NCBI GenBank assembly: GCA_053919585.1 | Contig: CM132788.1 | Strand: one strand, 5' to 3' | Length of the DNA stretch: 64,000 nt | Origin: Euprymna scolopes | Lineage: Eukaryota | Part shown: positions 1 through 63,926 of the stretch, piece by piece | Layout of the letters: every line of letters begins with the position of its first letter | How positions within the stretch are numbered: position 1 is the stretch's first letter | The notes under the pieces: model-generated | What the model was told of the DNA's origin: nothing | What the model saw: only the letters and a program-made list of their open reading frames with translations | Databases searched by the model: none | Position numbers and translations under genes: made by a program

Positions 1-1606
1 AGGCAATTTTATTAGCATATGTTAGATTTAACAGTGATGAAGGGCCCAAAGGGTAAAATGCTTTTTGCTAGAAGTCTTGTGACAGACACAAAAGGTGAAA
101 CGATTTTTGCTGAAGTTGTTACTTATTTCCAGGAAAACAACATTTCACTCAAAAATATAATCACTTGTGCTACTGATGGTGCACCTTCGATGACAGGCAG
201 ATACAAAGGTTTTATTGCACATTTAAAAAAAGCTGTCCCGCAAGTATTTTGTATTCACTGCGTGATACACCGTCAACACTTACTTGCAAAGAAAATGAGT
301 GCACGTCTGCATGATGCCTTTACTGTCGTAATACAAGTAGTTAACCATATTAAATCAAATTCTCTCAGAGACCGCCTTTTTCATGAATTATGTAAGCAAA
401 ATGGAGAAGAGTTCGAGTGGCTTGTATTGCATACAGAGGTGAGATTTCTATCAAAGGGGAATTGTCTTCAGCATTTCATTGCATTTTGGAAATCTATTGT
501 TTCCTTTATTGCTAACACAAAACTTGGATAACAGCTGCTTGCAAATAAATGTGATGTGTTTTTTCTAATCAGATATATTTGAAAAACTGAATTCACTTAA
601 TAAACAGCTCCAACGAAAAGATTCTGATCTGATATCTAGTAAAAGTGCTATTGCTGCTTTCCTGAGGAAACTACAGTTGTATATGAATAATATCAGGCGT
701 CGTACATTTGAACAGTTTCCTTGTTTGGCCTCTGTTAGCAGCGATTTGCAAGACGAAGATCTTGCATTATATGCTGAATATATGGAAAATATGCATGCAG
801 ATATGCAAACTCGGTTTAGTGACCTACTTATGATAGTTATACCAACTTGGGTTTCAATTCCTTTCGAAGTTAATGTTGCTGATATAGACATATCTTTGCA
901 AGAGCCTCTCATTGAATTACAAAGTGATGAAATAATGCGTGCAAAATTCAAAGATGGAAAGTACAATGTATGGAAGACAAATGATGTTGCTATAAAGTAT
1001 CCTTTGCTCTTGGATAAATCACAGCTCTACGTTATTGCTTTTCCAACATCTTGTTGAATCGGGATTTAGTTGTGTTTCTCAACTGTTATCGCAATAGACT
1101 TGACATTGTGAAAAGAAGAGACCTTCGACTATCATTAACATCGATGGAACCAGATATAAAGAAACTCGCCAAGTAACATCAAGCACAGGGATCTCACTGA
1201 ATAAAAATGCCTACCTCTTTTCTTTTTTAAATTACACATTCCACTTTAAGTGTTTATCAAAAATTTTAACCTTTAACGGCTTGACCATGGAAGAAACATT
1301 GTCATATTGTAATACAAGATATTGGTAAAGAATTATTATCACTCTAATTTAGATTATTATTATTATTACTTATTATCATTATTATCATAATTATTATAGT
1401 TGTTGTAGAATACTTTATTTGCATTAAATTAGTTTTCATTTAAAAATAAAGCTTAATTATATAATATTTCTTTGATTATTAAAACCTCAAAATTTATATT
1501 AGTGAAAAATAGATTGTCTTATGACCAATAGTTATGAAGGGGTTCACCAAGATAAAAAAAAAAAGTGAAAAGGGGTCCATGAGTAAAAAAAGGTTGAGAA
1601 CCACTC
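1..1606 (+). mobile_element. hAT (Buster/Charlie/SPIN-like) DNA transposon, 3' part, with disrupted transposase (to ~1200)
   Basis: Motifs ATDGAPSMTG, IHCVIHRQHL, HTEVRFLSKG, FPTS and terminal AQGSH* (1183-1200); in-frame stop at 529-531 plus frameshifts; right end ...AAAAGGTTGAGAACCACT at 1588-1605. Confidence 0.9.
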
Positions 1607-1786
1607 CTCTTAAGTAATCTTATGCCCATCCCACCCATTGTTTCTTGTGGAAGCAACCATACTTCAACTGATGAGCTTTTTTAACTCCTTTTCTTCCAGG
1701 CCTTAATAAAAGGTGACTTTAGTAAAAGAAAAAAAAAAAAAAAAAAAAAAAAATCGTGCAGCTTGAACGGAGACATCTTAAAAATT

Positions 1787-3356
1787 AAATCATTCATTAT
1801 AAACATTACGATTGGTGACAGAAATTATTTTCAAAGAAATACAGTTAAAAATAATTTATGTTGGTTTACCTTCTCATGTATGACCTATTTATATGTGCAT
1901 TAAAATATGAACATGTTAAATTTCTGCAAATATTGGTTGTAAGTAAAATAATCAGTAGCAGCAATCTTACTTTTTTTGTTTTGTTTTGTTTCTGTTTTTT
2001 AGGAAGTAAGGTATCAGACCTGACAGGAAATTACGGCTGGATAGTATTTTAATTTAAGCTATTAGATTAAAAATGGGTTCTTTGATATGACAGAAGCGCA
2101 TTTCAGATACAGTCTGATACTTTATTTCCTAAAAAGCCAAGATGGCTGCTACTGATTATTTTATTCACAACCACTATTTATAATTTAAACATGCTTAAAT
2201 TTTTGGTAAGATATTAAACATTGGCATGATGGAATAAGTTCCAATTTGAAATCGACAGAAAAATCGTGTTACGCCAAAATAGGTTTCAAATATAAAATAC
2301 TTCCGGTTTTGGTTAAAAATCAAAGTTGATGATATAAAATAAAATTATTCAGTTTCTATGGTTTATTTTATTTTGGAAGAATTGGTATTTTAAATATTTT
2401 CCTTTTTCATTATAAAAATATTTAATGGAAGGAAATATAAAACTTTTTTAATAAAATCTATATATCTATAAAAGTGAACGTGTCTGTGTGTCTGTCTGTG
2501 TACATTTCCCTACGCAATAACTGTCAATTTTTAGTCTACAGACTCGAAATTTGGTACTGAGATTTGGGAAAATCTATGTGAGGGGTCAAAGTTCCACGAT
2601 TTGACCTTTGAGAACTCTACTAAACTCCTCTGACAATTTGGGGTCTAAACACTTGAAATTTTAGATATAGGTTCCTTGGACATGGATCTAACTTAATAAC
2701 TTGATTTGAGCCCAAAACAATAAATGTTAAGGGGTCATAATAGGGGTCAAAGTTAAAAAAAATTGACCGTTTTTTTTTGTTTTTTTTTTGCTCAGCATAC
2801 ACCTCCAAACACCTGGGCAACGCCGGACACCCATACTAGTATAAAATAAAATATAAAACTTTTTTTCTTTTTTTAAATAAAATATAAAATAAAATAAAAT
2901 ATAAAACTTTAATAAAATAATTTATGAAGTAATTTCTTTAACCGTCCTACCTGGTCGACTGCGCATATAAGTCCAAAGTAATTTTCTTTTACTCTTTGAA
3001 GCCAGAGAAACTTCTGCAAGTAACTATCAACATTTCCAACACTAAACTTTTATTTTTAACCAAAACCGAAAGTAATAGGAAGTATTTTATACCTGGAATA
3101 TATTTTTCCACCCTTTATTAAGCCATGCTCATAAAAGCGTTAGCAATAGACAGAGGCTACTAAACTAATTAGGGAATGCATAAAACTTAGGAAGATCACG
3201 ACTCGAGTTGAGACTTATTCTGTTATGCCTAAACATTTTTAATGCAAACAAGTCACAAAATAGGGAAACCAGAATAAATTATTTTTGACTAATTTCCCAA
3301 CTGTATTTTCTTTAAAATAATTTGTCACCTATAGTAACGTTTATTCATTCTTGATT
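1787..3356. mobile_element. Old long-inverted-repeat (foldback/MITE-like) element hosting a Helitron
   Basis: 1787-1870 is inversely similar to 3265-3356; TACTTCCGGTTTTGGTTAAAAAT (~2298) mirrors ATTTTTAACCAAAACCGAAAGTA (~3052). Confidence 0.55.
2457..2839 (+). mobile_element. Non-autonomous Helitron, family A copy 1
   Basis: A|TCTATATATCTATAAAAG start, (TGTC)-type microsatellite, subterminal hairpin CCTGGGCAACGCCGG, CTAG|T end, no TSD; closely similar to 30307-30720. Confidence 0.88.
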
Positions 3357-5035
3357 AAAAAAATGCATATAATAAGACGCATTAAATAACATAACAACAA
3401 CAATAATAATAACAACAAAAAGTTATGATCTATATACTATGATTTATTAACAATATTTCATCACCTGCATTATTATATTTTATATAAGAAACAACATTTC
3501 AGTTAATCTCTCAAAAGTAGACTAGGTTGCACTCATAGTCAAAACCTGAACGAAGATTCCCTTCATGAAAAAAGTAACCCAAGCAAAAGTTGGCTCTAAA
3601 AAAAAAACAAAAAAAAAACGATTCACTATGAGAAATACATTTGAAAACAGAATAACTAGTTTGATTGAAAAATAAGTTATTTTCCTATAATTTCCTATTA
3701 ATATTTAACCAGAATATCTATAAATGTTATTTTGTAATGAAAATGCATTTGTCAATTTTATTTGATGACAATGTTTACAACTGGTTATATGTGTGAGTGT
3801 GTGTATGTGTGTGATATAAGTCTTTGAGAAAATATATATTTTTTTTAAATACAGAAAAGCCACTGTTTTGTTTAATAATTGCTTTTCGGCATTTGATAAC
3901 ACAATTAGAAGTTTTTATTCATATTTGTTCACTCCTTCCTCCTCCCTCCTTCCAGATAAGTTTATTTAAAGACTAGAAAAAAAACATTATATTGATATGT
4001 GCTTCTAATTGTTCTACTAAATACCTGATAGAGATTAATACAACAATGAGTTTTCTGCATTTAATTGTTTATATTAGAAAGTGATATCATAATATATAGA
4101 TTTCTTTTGTGAAAGATTTTCTTGGATTTTTTTTTAAATTTGGTTGAAAAAGATTTTCATGAACTTTAAAATTTTAAACATAAAATGTTTAATGATGTAT
4201 TTATTGAATAAATTTAATATTGATTTATTATATTTTCTCACTGGTTGATATGTTTGTTTAACACAAAAACCACATTATATATATATAAACATTAACTATT
4301 CTCATTTTAGTCTTGATCATATGTTTAAATTTTTTATTTGGTATCTAATCCTGATGTTGATGAAGAGATTTTATTTCAATAAAAATTTGTGTATTGTCTC
4401 AGAAAAAATCGTACATAGATTGGTGGTTTGAGTTGATGATTTTTCCACAAATCATATTACCTTATACATTGTAAGTCAATTGAAATTAACCCAAAATTCA
4501 AGGCAAAGTTCATGGCTTTATTTTTATGTGGAAAACACAGAGTTTAGAAAATAGCAAAACATCTAAGCTATTTTGGTGATCATCTCGAACTGTACTTTAT
4601 TGAATAAAAAAGTTAATATAAAAAGTTACCATTGTTTTTCTTAGATTTCAAATGAACTTTCTAAAAAGATTAAAAAAAAAAGATGTCATCTAAATCTTTA
4701 AAATAAAACCAAAATATTTTGTATATTTTTTCTTTTTAGTTTTTTTCTTAAATTGTGTATGATGTTCACAACCGACTTAAAGCCATCTACAAAAAGAAAT
4801 GAATAAAACTGAAGTGCCACTAATTGAAGCAAAAAAATATTTATGTACATAGTAAAAAAGTTTCAAAATATAGAAATAAGATTTTTAGAATGTAGAATTT
4901 TTCATTAGTCTTTCTACTTAGAAGTTTTAAATACTTTACTAATTTTATATGATGACTTCGTTGTCTGCATTCATGCTTAAATAACATTCATACCTAATAT
5001 TATAATAGGATGACTTTAGTATTAATTAAATGGAT

Positions 5036-5455
5036 CAGAGGGTCACCAACCTATAGCATGTGAGACAAATCCAGTTTGGAAGATGCTTTTATCTGATCTA
5101 TTAGAGCAAAAAAATTTTGAAATGCAGAAAATAGTCATGGTAATAGACCTCTGTTAAGCAAAAGAACAATTTGGAATATCATTAATAGAAGATTTATATT
5201 TCTTAAAATACTATCTAAATAAATGACTGGATTTTGATTTCATAAATTTCATAAATCAAAGGCTTGTAGATGATTAAATGTAAAAAAACAAAAAAAACAA
5301 AAAAAAAACTAGATTTTTAATTCTATCAATAAAAGAATTTATGAGGATTGTTAAAGGTTTTAATGTAATAACTTCAATGTCACAGCTTGATCTGCAATAT
5401 TTATATATTTTTAAACTGGACCTTTCAAAGAAAAACAGTAATTTAGTGACCCCTG
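5036..5455. mobile_element. Decayed hAT-type MITE
   Basis: Ends CAGAGGGTCACCAA / TTAGTGACCCCTG; right flank AAGTAGAA fits nnnTAnnn, left TSD not preserved. Confidence 0.5.
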
Positions 5456-7041
5456 AAGTAGAAACAGTAAGCATAGTACGTAAAAAGAGAAAAAAATGAA
5501 AAAAAATTAAAGAATAATGTAAAAAAAAAAAAAAAAAAATTATGTTATCTAATTTTTTTCATGAACTTTAAAATCAGACAATTCTTTAGAGATGTTCATG
5601 GCTTGATTTTTTTCAGAAAACAAAAATTACATTTCTTGGCAGAAAATATTTACTTTTGAACAAGTTTTTAATTAAAATCGGTAATTATTTCTAATCCGAA
5701 AATTCTCAAATCTTCATATATGAAGATTTAATGAATTAGCATTTGAAAATTTTTAATATTCTGTAAATTAAAAATTTGTAAAAATATTTAAAAAAAATAA
5801 AAATAAAAATATGAGCAGGAAAAATATTTTTGTAAATAAATGATAATTTTGTGAATAAAAGTATCAAACATTTTCATCTATTATTATCTATGTATATGTA
5901 TGTACATAATTCTATTTAACAAAGGAATTGTTTAATATTATTAATATGCAAAATACTAGTTCTTAAAATAAAAAATAATCTTATATATATATTAATCCTG
6001 TTTTTTTATTAAAAAAAAATATCATTGGAAAGTACAAAACTGATGAATATATATTATGATAATCTCCTGAAACATCCGTTTTACCTTGATTTTATTCTTA
6101 TTACAACCTTTGATATTAGCAAATTTTATAGATTGCTAAAATAGTTTCATCTTAGATGAGATTTAATTTGTCATTTAAAACTGTCATTTGTCTATTTTAC
6201 AAAAAAGATTTCAATAGAAAGTGCAAAAATGTTGCATATATATTTTATTTATTAATCAAATATTTGTTTTACCTTGATATTATTTTTATTACAACCTTTG
6301 ATGTTATGAATTTAAAAATAATAATTTTGTAGATAGTTTAAAATGATTTCATCATGAGTGAAATTTAAAGACGCGACTCAAAAATATGTCATTTTTTTTT
6401 ACTTAAGAGAAAAAATTTTAAAACGTTTTTATTTTCAGTAATTATAGTAAGTTCGAGTACTCTAATATATTTGTCAACTTTCATAAAGATCTGAGTATAC
6501 AGTCATTGAAATTCTTAATTTGGAATCATAATAAACAACTAATTTAAATTGAAAACAAATGCTGGTTTTATCAATTTGCATATACCAAAAACTACACAGC
6601 AAAAGAAATGTTGAAAATTCATCACAGAAATGTTTTAATGAATAATTGGTAAAAAATCTTAATAGTTAACATTTGCTTAAAATTGACAAAAAGGTCAACG
6701 ATATTAGAAAAGAAAACATGAAAACAAGGTCGAATAATGTCATTTTTTTTTTTAGACAGACAATAAATATCACTGAAATGATTAAGTTTAACTTTTCTTT
6801 TTCAAACAAACAATAATTACAAATCATAAGGATGGAAACATTAACAAATGTTAAAACAATGAGTTTTAATTATTTATTATTATTATTATTATTATTACTA
6901 TTGTATATAAAGTATTAATTTGTTGTTAAGACTCAAATCTTTGCATTTATCAAAAATAAAGTAAAAAAAAAAAAAAAAATGTACAAAAAAATTTGCATAT
7001 TAATGGTGACTTGGATATGGTGGTGAGAATGAATCCTGTAG

Positions 7042-7086
<45 letters not shown>

Positions 7087-7686
7087 AAGATGGGATAGTT
7101 TTTAAAAAAATTTCTTTTATTTATACTCAGATAATTCAGTATATTTGAGAAAAACTTCAATTGGTAAAAGAAAGCAAATAATTCTTTTTAGAATAGTCTG
7201 AATCTAAATTAAGTTCTCATAATAAGTTTCAATGTTTACTAGGATATTGTTATAATTGTTATAATTGGAAACAGTTTTCAACTGACATGAGCAAAGTTAT
7301 TACTCAATACAACACTCAAAATATTTACTGAAACAAGAAAAGCTCAAACGATGCATGTGTTAGAAAGCAGATGAGAGAAAAAAACCCGAAAGATTTCAGT
7401 TAACTAATAATGAATGGTTGGGTTTTTATTGAAATCGAATAATACTTTGTGACAGACACAAAACAAGTGTTTAACATAATGGAAAAAAACTGAAGAGTAA
7501 TAAGTCTGGTCAGTTTGAAGAAATGGATACAAGATGAGTAAATCGCCATGAAAAGAGATGACCACAAATCACAGTGCATCTGATATGTAAAAAAGGACAT
7601 CTAAATATTTCTATAATAATTGAACATGGAATGTATATAGATATCAATATAAAACGCGATTAGTTAATTGGTAATTAAATGGTTAA

Positions 7687-8116
7687 AGTTAAATTTTGTG
7701 ATAAAACCTCCATTGTTTTTTTACTTTAGGGTGGCAAAATAAGATAAATTTTCTCAACTTGTTTTCTTCAATTTTTTTTTAAATTTCCATTTCAAAGCAA
7801 ATCAAAATCTTTGTCTCTTCCAATGGAAAAGATGATTAGCCAATAAAAATTGTTTCAAAACAAAAACAACAAAAAATCTTTTTTGTAAATCAAAATTAAT
7901 TTTTGCAAAAATGCTTTGTTAAAATAGATTGATGACAAAAAAAAAAAAATAGGTGAGATAAAAAAATAATCATAGAAGAAATACTGAATTATCTTTTTGT
8001 TAAAATCATTTGTTGAAAAAAAAGAAAAAATTGAAAAATAAATTCAGCTAAGTTATTTCTAGGGTTTGCCACCCTAAAATAAAATGTTTAGAAGTTTATT
8101 TAGCCATATTTGTACT
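7687..8116. mobile_element. Kolobok-like MITE
   Basis: TTAA at 7683-7686 and 8117-8120, AG...CT termini, ~55-bp imperfect TIR with core TAGGGTGGCAAA (7727) / TTTGCCACCCTA (8076). Confidence 0.55.
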
Positions 8117-8495
8117 TTAACTTTTTGCCTTGATTTGTTCCTTGACCAATTTAAAGCTCTGGGTTTTTGATCAGTTTTACTGAGAAAATAAAAATAAGAA
8201 AAAATAAAAATTATATTTATAAAAAATTTAGGAAATATGCAATATCTTCCCCACTTTACGAAATGGAGGAGGATACAATCACAATTTGCCTATTATTAGG
8301 AACTTGTGTAATTTAAAGAAACATCTTTTCTTTTATTAATAATAATAAAAAAAAAAACACAGGATAACAGTCATCAGTTTTTAAATTGGAATGTCTAAAG
8401 ACATTTTTTTTCTTTTCATATCACATTGCTTGAATAACAATTAAATACAAAAACTAACACCAAAAATGATTAAAGGATTTTACCTAATTAAATAA

Positions 8496-8537
<42 letters not shown>

Positions 8538-10719
8538 CAAAGTTGTCTATGTGTGTCGTGACCTCAGTTAAACAGTTGATCTAAAAGCGAAACTAATGGC
8601 ACCTTTGGAATCAACAAATTCAAGCCAATGTTCTTATTGATGTAAGAAAATCTTACACCTTTTCTGAAAGTATGTAAAAATTACATTAGAAAAAAATGTT
8701 CTGATATTTTTAACACCCCCCCCCCCGTTTAATATTTTCTATTATTAACTGACTGAACTTATAATAATTATTTATATTTTTCACGTCAAATCATAGACTA
8801 TGAATTGATGAACAAATAAACATTTTCAATGGGAAGTAGGGAACAAGAATTTAAGTTTAATATTTTTTCATTTATGAAATTTATCCAATGTCTTATATAA
8901 GATATTGAAATGGTTTTGCATAAAAGAAAATTGAACAAGTATAATTAGCAATGCATCTTAAAATTATATTGCATAACTAAAACCCATCTAATTTAACCAA
9001 AAATAAAAAATTATAAGTTTATTTCAAATTTATACGAAAAGTAAATTCATAATGTTAAAAAATTCAAATAATTCTCAAATTTTAACATTGCAAATCGTTC
9101 TGTATGAGAATCTAAAGATTTAAAAAAAAAAAAAAACACAAAAAATTATTTAATTTAACATTTATTAACATTATTTACATTTTTGAAATTACAATTTACA
9201 ATTTCAACTTAGCTTTTGCTAACAACTGAGTTGTTCATCCTTTCTTTATATATATTATAATTATAAATAGAAGCTTACAAATAAAACAAAATCTTGAGGT
9301 CTTTCATTAATGCTTATAGTTCAACTTGGTAATTACAGTGTAGTGAACACTGAATAAAAAGCAGTAAAATTTAAATAAATCTCTGTGCATATGTATGACT
9401 TATCAATCATTTCTTTTAGAATTAAGTATTTCCCCCTTTTTTTTTTATCATTTAGAACAACTGGTGATCCATGCAAAATTTTTGATGGCCCCCGCAGAAA
9501 AATTTGGACATTATTTCAATTTTTATCAAGCTTCAGATTAAAAAAAATGATGAGCAACAAAACATACGTTCAAGATGTAATTTCTCAAGTAAACACGTAC
9601 ATAACTGTGACATCATCCAGCCATTGAACCTAAAATGACCTGAAAAGTCATGTTCAATATTTGTTACTGATTAGTTTCTTACCATTACTGTTGATAACAA
9701 GTCACTGGATGATTTACTAGTAAAATTTTCTACAAACATGGCATATCAATGGAGATAGAATTAAATTTTAGTATTGATGTATGGATAACGACAATATCAA
9801 AAATGTTGTGATAACTATTAACTTCCAACTAGCATGCAGCGAAACATTAGGATGATGAAATTGTAAGAAAGCCCAGAATCAGGAAAACCAAGCACAAGTA
9901 GTTGAAGAGAATGAGATGAAATTAATTTGGAATATATTGAATAATTGTTTTATTTTAGCTTTACTTTTATTTCTAAATAAAATTTGTGGTCGGCTAAATT
10001 TAAAATTATACATTTAGTGGTTCCATGCAGCCTGAAACGTTGGCAACTGCCATTTTAGAAGGTCTATTTTTATATTTTTGTGGCGGCCATACTTGTTAAA
10101 GTTTATATGAAATAAATTAGACTTATATAAAACCACAATAGGATTTTTGTTAAAGATCAGATTGTTGGGGAGGTGGGGGGGGGGTCAATAGAATAAAATA
10201 TGAATCAAAGGAATCAAAAATTAAAATGGTTCATAACCACCAGGTTTGAGTTTATTTGATAAATTAGTTCATAAAGAATTTTTTTTTTCAATTTATTACC
10301 AAAAATTTTTTGTAAATAAAATATGAGCAAAGTTACTTGCCAAGATTTACTTAACTTTATAGGATAGTTAGCGCATTCATTTATATTATAAAAATGTGGA
10401 TTAGGGTTATAAGAAATACTTATAAAAAGAATTTTTGATTGAATGATAAATAAAACTGATTGTATCCTTTCACTGTATATTTTCATAGTATATAGAAAAC
10501 GGACACACCAGTTTTGCCAATGTACATCAGACAGTAGTAGGTTTAGTATTTGAAAGACACTTCAATGTTTATGATTAACTACAGATTTCTCCTAAAAATA
10601 CAGATATTGCTGAAATATGGTTAAGTATTCGTCTTGTCCTTAAAAAAAAAAAAGGACTATGGGCACAAATGGCTTAAATATCAAATGACTATGTGAGTTC
10701 ATCAGAATAAAATATGAAT

Positions 10720-10757
10720 AAAAGGAGTACATGGGTAACAAGGGGAGAGAACCACTG
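10720..10757 (+). mobile_element. Isolated Buster-type hAT right terminus
   Basis: ...GAGAACCACTG followed by GGTTAGAG (nnnTAnnn); similar to 1570-1606. Confidence 0.45.
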
Positions 10758-12658
10758 GGTTAGAGTTTGCTTAATAGCAAAAAAAGGTTAATCCATATTC
10801 AGACTGAACATTAGAGATCACAGTGGTAAATCAAAACACATAGCAGAAATACAAAACATTTACCGGAAAGCATTCTTGTTTTGGTTTTCTTTCTTTTTTT
10901 GGTTAACATCCATTTTGGAATGATCTAACGCAAACAACTTTCGATGACAAGAATTATTGCATCTGAAATTCGTTGTAACTTTTCCTTTCTTTCCTCTTGA
11001 AATGAAACAAATACGAGATCCCAAACCTGATTTTTCTGGAGTGACTGACTTTAATTCTTCTCCTTGTCAATTAAATTAAACAGGATTTGGATTTGTAGCA
11101 TACCATTCTATATTATAGACCACTTCATTACGCAAGCAAGGATCACAACTGGATGCCTATTGAAAAGTTGTCCCCTGATTTATGCCTAGCATACCAGTCG
11201 AAGATTTGTCCTTGAAAATCTGTCTGATAGAGAGTAGGCCATTGTGGTGGTCTTTCTTCTGTTGGGTTGAGAAATCCATTCTGTTTAACTCTAATAGGTT
11301 TACCCTCCCAAGCTTTGCCTTCTCACTTTGGGAAGGAGCTAGTTTATGGCTAACTGTCTGAAGTTCCCTCATCAAACAATGATGGGACTGCTCAGGCAAT
11401 TTTTAATGGGCTGGAGTTCACCTCCTCTTATCCGCTGACTAATACTCCTCACCTTCTGGCTTTGTGCCACACATTTTCAAGGGAGATAAATACAAAGGTT
11501 TAAGTTTGAAGGATTTTGGAAAGAAATTAAGTAACATTTAATTTAAATTGAAAGTTTTTTTAAGATCAGACAAGTGAAAGATTTTTTTTAATAAGCATAA
11601 TTGTTCATTAAAATTAAATTCTTTCAAATTCGAATTGTAAAAGATTCTTCTTCAGGAAATGTGTTTTTTTTCTTTTTCTTTTGTGTCATGCTAGTGTTAA
11701 TAATTGGCACGTCCTGAGATGTCTAGTCTACAAAAAAAAAAAACTTTAAATTTAAATTACCATATAATGAAACTCCTATATATTAAGTAAAATTTATTTA
11801 AAAATTGCTTAGAATAACATTCTGATTTTGGATTCTGATGTTGAATGATAAATAAATAAAAATACATTTTCTTTGTTGTAGAAACTGATAAGTCTTAACA
11901 AAAACAAAACAAAAAATGCAATCAAGATGCCTGGCAAAAATTATGATCAACATACGTTTTTTCAAATATCTATTTTTCAAAATATCTTATCCTCAAGTAT
12001 AGGTCAGATGTATTTTCAAATATAGTTGACTTAATTTCCTACAAAAATCTTTGAAAAATCAAACATTTGTTAATGGGTCTCCAGTCATGCTTCTCAGCTG
12101 TGCCATGAAGTGGCCTGTAGTATAGAATGCCATGATTTATACCCATTTGCATCAATATCCATGGCCAATTAAAAAATCAGAATCAAACACTATAGAAAAG
12201 CAAGAGCAGATCAAACGTTTATGTATTTCAGTTATTAGATTGAGTCACCATCGATATTAAGTCTTTGAGATATTTTGTCAATATTCTTCTCCTTCTTTAG
12301 ATTGGGATCAATCCAGGCAAGCATGCAAATGCATGTCAGGGCGGCCATTTTAGAGGACTCACTCCAGATCACTTGATGAGCAATTCATGATTCAAGTGAT
12401 TTGGGTTTATTTAGTAACAGAAATCTTCTTCTAGTTAAGAGCGACTTTGAATGTGTCAAATCTAACCAAATGAAAGAAAAAATCTGTAATTATTATCGTG
12501 GATGAGATCAGAAAGTCCTCCACAGTGGAAAAAACAGGGATGGGTCAAGTATTTATGTGTGTTAAGATTGGAACATGGATATTTTTTTTTAAGTACCAAA
12601 CAATATTATTGCATATATGAATATTCATTTAAAAGAGCGACAGATCAAACTTATGTTG

Positions 12659-12855
12659 NNNNNNNNNNNNNNNNNNNNNNNNNNNNNNNNNNNNNNNNNN
12701 NNNNNNNNNNNNNNNNNNNNNNNNNNNNNNNNNNNNNNNNNNNNNNNNNNNNNNNNNNNNNNNNNNNNNNNNNNNNNNNNNNNNNNNNNNNNNNNNNNNN
12801 NNNNNNNNNNNNNNNNNNNNNNNNNNNNNNNNNNNNNNNNNNNNNNNNNNNNNNN
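12659..12855. other. Assembly gap (N)
   Basis: Run of N. Confidence 1.
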
Positions 12856-14942
12856 TGGTGATAATATTGTGCTAGGTCCTTAAAACAACAGTAGATTTAT
12901 GGTTTCTTAGTTTGAAATCAATTTTGGAAATGTTTATAATGACATTTGTCATCCTTTAAATTTGAAATGATCGATATAATCAAATAACGTATCTCTTTTC
13001 ACACATGCCATCAAACTCATATACAAAAAACACAAGACAAATTATCTTCATTATAAAAGTGGTCAATTCTTTCGATTTAGTTATAATCTTCATAACAGTT
13101 AAAAAAAACCAATACATTTAGAAAGACAAGCTTACATGCATGCAATAAGCCATGTAAAAATTGTGTAGAAAAGTTTTTTTTACATGTTTGTTTCAAAACA
13201 ATATTTCAATAAATGATTTATTTGTAATATTTGTGTCTAACTTGGTAAAAATAATGAATGAAATAAACGTGAAAAATATTTGACTTTAAAATTGGTTGAG
13301 AAATTTTTAAATGATTAAAAAATATTTTAGAGTGATATTTTTTTAGGTCACTGTAATAGCAAATGGATAATAAACAATAAACAATTTAAATTATCTGAAA
13401 ACTTGAATAACAGACAAATATATTTGCTTTTAAAAGGCAAAAATACTGTACCATGAGTAATTATATATATAATTACATAAACAAAAATATTGATACACTT
13501 GATTGAAAAAAAATATAATTTTGAACAAAAATAAAATGAACAATATCTGTAAGCCGAATGAAAAAAGATAAAATGACCACAAGATGTGGATTTTGTTCTT
13601 TAAAAACATTTTCATTGCTATTTTTTTTTTGTACAATATTTTTTTAAAACAGTTGGATAATATATTTTCTATCTTTTATTTTACAGAAAAATATTCCACT
13701 TAATAATCATAAAGATCACAAAAAAAACCAACATTTTCATCCTTGAATAAAAGTTTATCATAATACTTAATTGTGAAGATAATCTTAAAATTTTATTTTC
13801 AGCAAAACACTTAAAGCTTAACATAAAGCAACTTGAAGAAAACAAGAACATGTACAGATGTTGGTTTTATTATTTGTCATTATCAAGCTGGACAGGAAAC
13901 ATACTTGATTGAAATTCAGTTTTTCTTATTTTAAGTTATTCTCGTTTCCCATGAAAAATCTTAATGCATCCACAAATTATGTTTCGGAATTTTTGAGATG
14001 AAAATTGATAATTGATATTATTTGAATCATCCAGACTATTGTTCTCATCTTGGATTTTATTCTCATCTGTATGGAAGTTCAAACTGAACCATCTATTTAA
14101 CCCACAAGGGGTAGATTGCTCTTTTTCTATCAGCTATGACTGGATAAAAGTTTTAATTCTTAATTAGATTTTTAGTATTGTCTGAACTGTAGATTGAACT
14201 TTCAATCTCCATAAGATTATTACTGAGCACTTTATCCATTGTGTCATGAATCCACGAACAATCTATTGAAATAGATTAAATACAATTAAAAATTCTGTGG
14301 ATTCCAGAGTTCGACAAGATGCAGCTGAAGGTCAAAGATTACATTGACCAATCCATTGTGCGAACATCTAAGATAAGAACAGTAGTCCAAATAAACCAAA
14401 ATGTTCAAACTATCAATCAATAATCAATTGATAATCATGAGTAACTAAAACAGGCTACAAACACAATATTATCCAGCTACAAGCACAATATATGCACTTG
14501 AAATATCAGAAAATTAGGCCTCGATTACTGGTTAATGGGTATGATGTTGAAAAACCAGGAACTCGTGATGAAACCAGCACATCACAGAGGAACATCATCA
14601 AGATGTATTTTTCAATAAATAAAAAAAATAAAAAATCAGAAGCAACACAATAACTAAATACATTCAAGATACATTTTTTTGCACTTTTATATAAATTCTT
14701 AGAATATGATAAAAGAGAATTGACGTCAAGATTACTTATTAGGTGTCAGGAGGTAGGCAAGAAATCTATTCAAACTAAATAATGAGAGGAGGTAGTGAGC
14801 TGACAAGGGAAGTGATCATTTGATGTACTATTTCTATCACCCCCCCTCGACTATATAAGGAGAATGGACTCAATGGACTAAGGAACGAGGATGTCAAATC
14901 TTAGTAGAGAAGAGGGCAATAAACATGGGTGATTTAAAAAGA

Positions 14943-14979
<37 letters not shown>

Positions 14980-15021
14980 AATCTTATCCAAATAATATGG
15001 ATCAATAAGAGAGACATTTTT

Positions 15022-15027
15022 TTTATT
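15022..15027 (-). promoter_or_regulatory. Candidate proximal polyadenylation signal (AATAAA) of NSF
   Basis: First AATAAA about 100 nt after the stop; the hexamer is common in this AT-rich DNA. Confidence 0.3.
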
Positions 15028-15129
15028 AAATAGAAAAAAAAAAAAAACAGTAAACAGCAGCCACAATAATAACAATAACAACAATAGTAAAATTACTATC
15101 AGAGATTTTTTTTTTACATTTTTTTTTTT

Positions 15130-63926
<48,797 letters not shown>

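Noticed and set aside
565-966. 133-aa minus-strand ORF
   Set aside because: Antisense shadow of the hAT transposase
10900-11070. Possible piggyBac cysteine-rich C-terminus on the minus strand (SRICFISRGKKGKVTTNFRCNNSCHRK)
   Set aside because: Only part of the Cys pattern is present and no TTAA/TIR pair was found
12502-12883. ORFs spanning the N-gaps (also 54045-54269)
   Set aside because: Open only because of N runs
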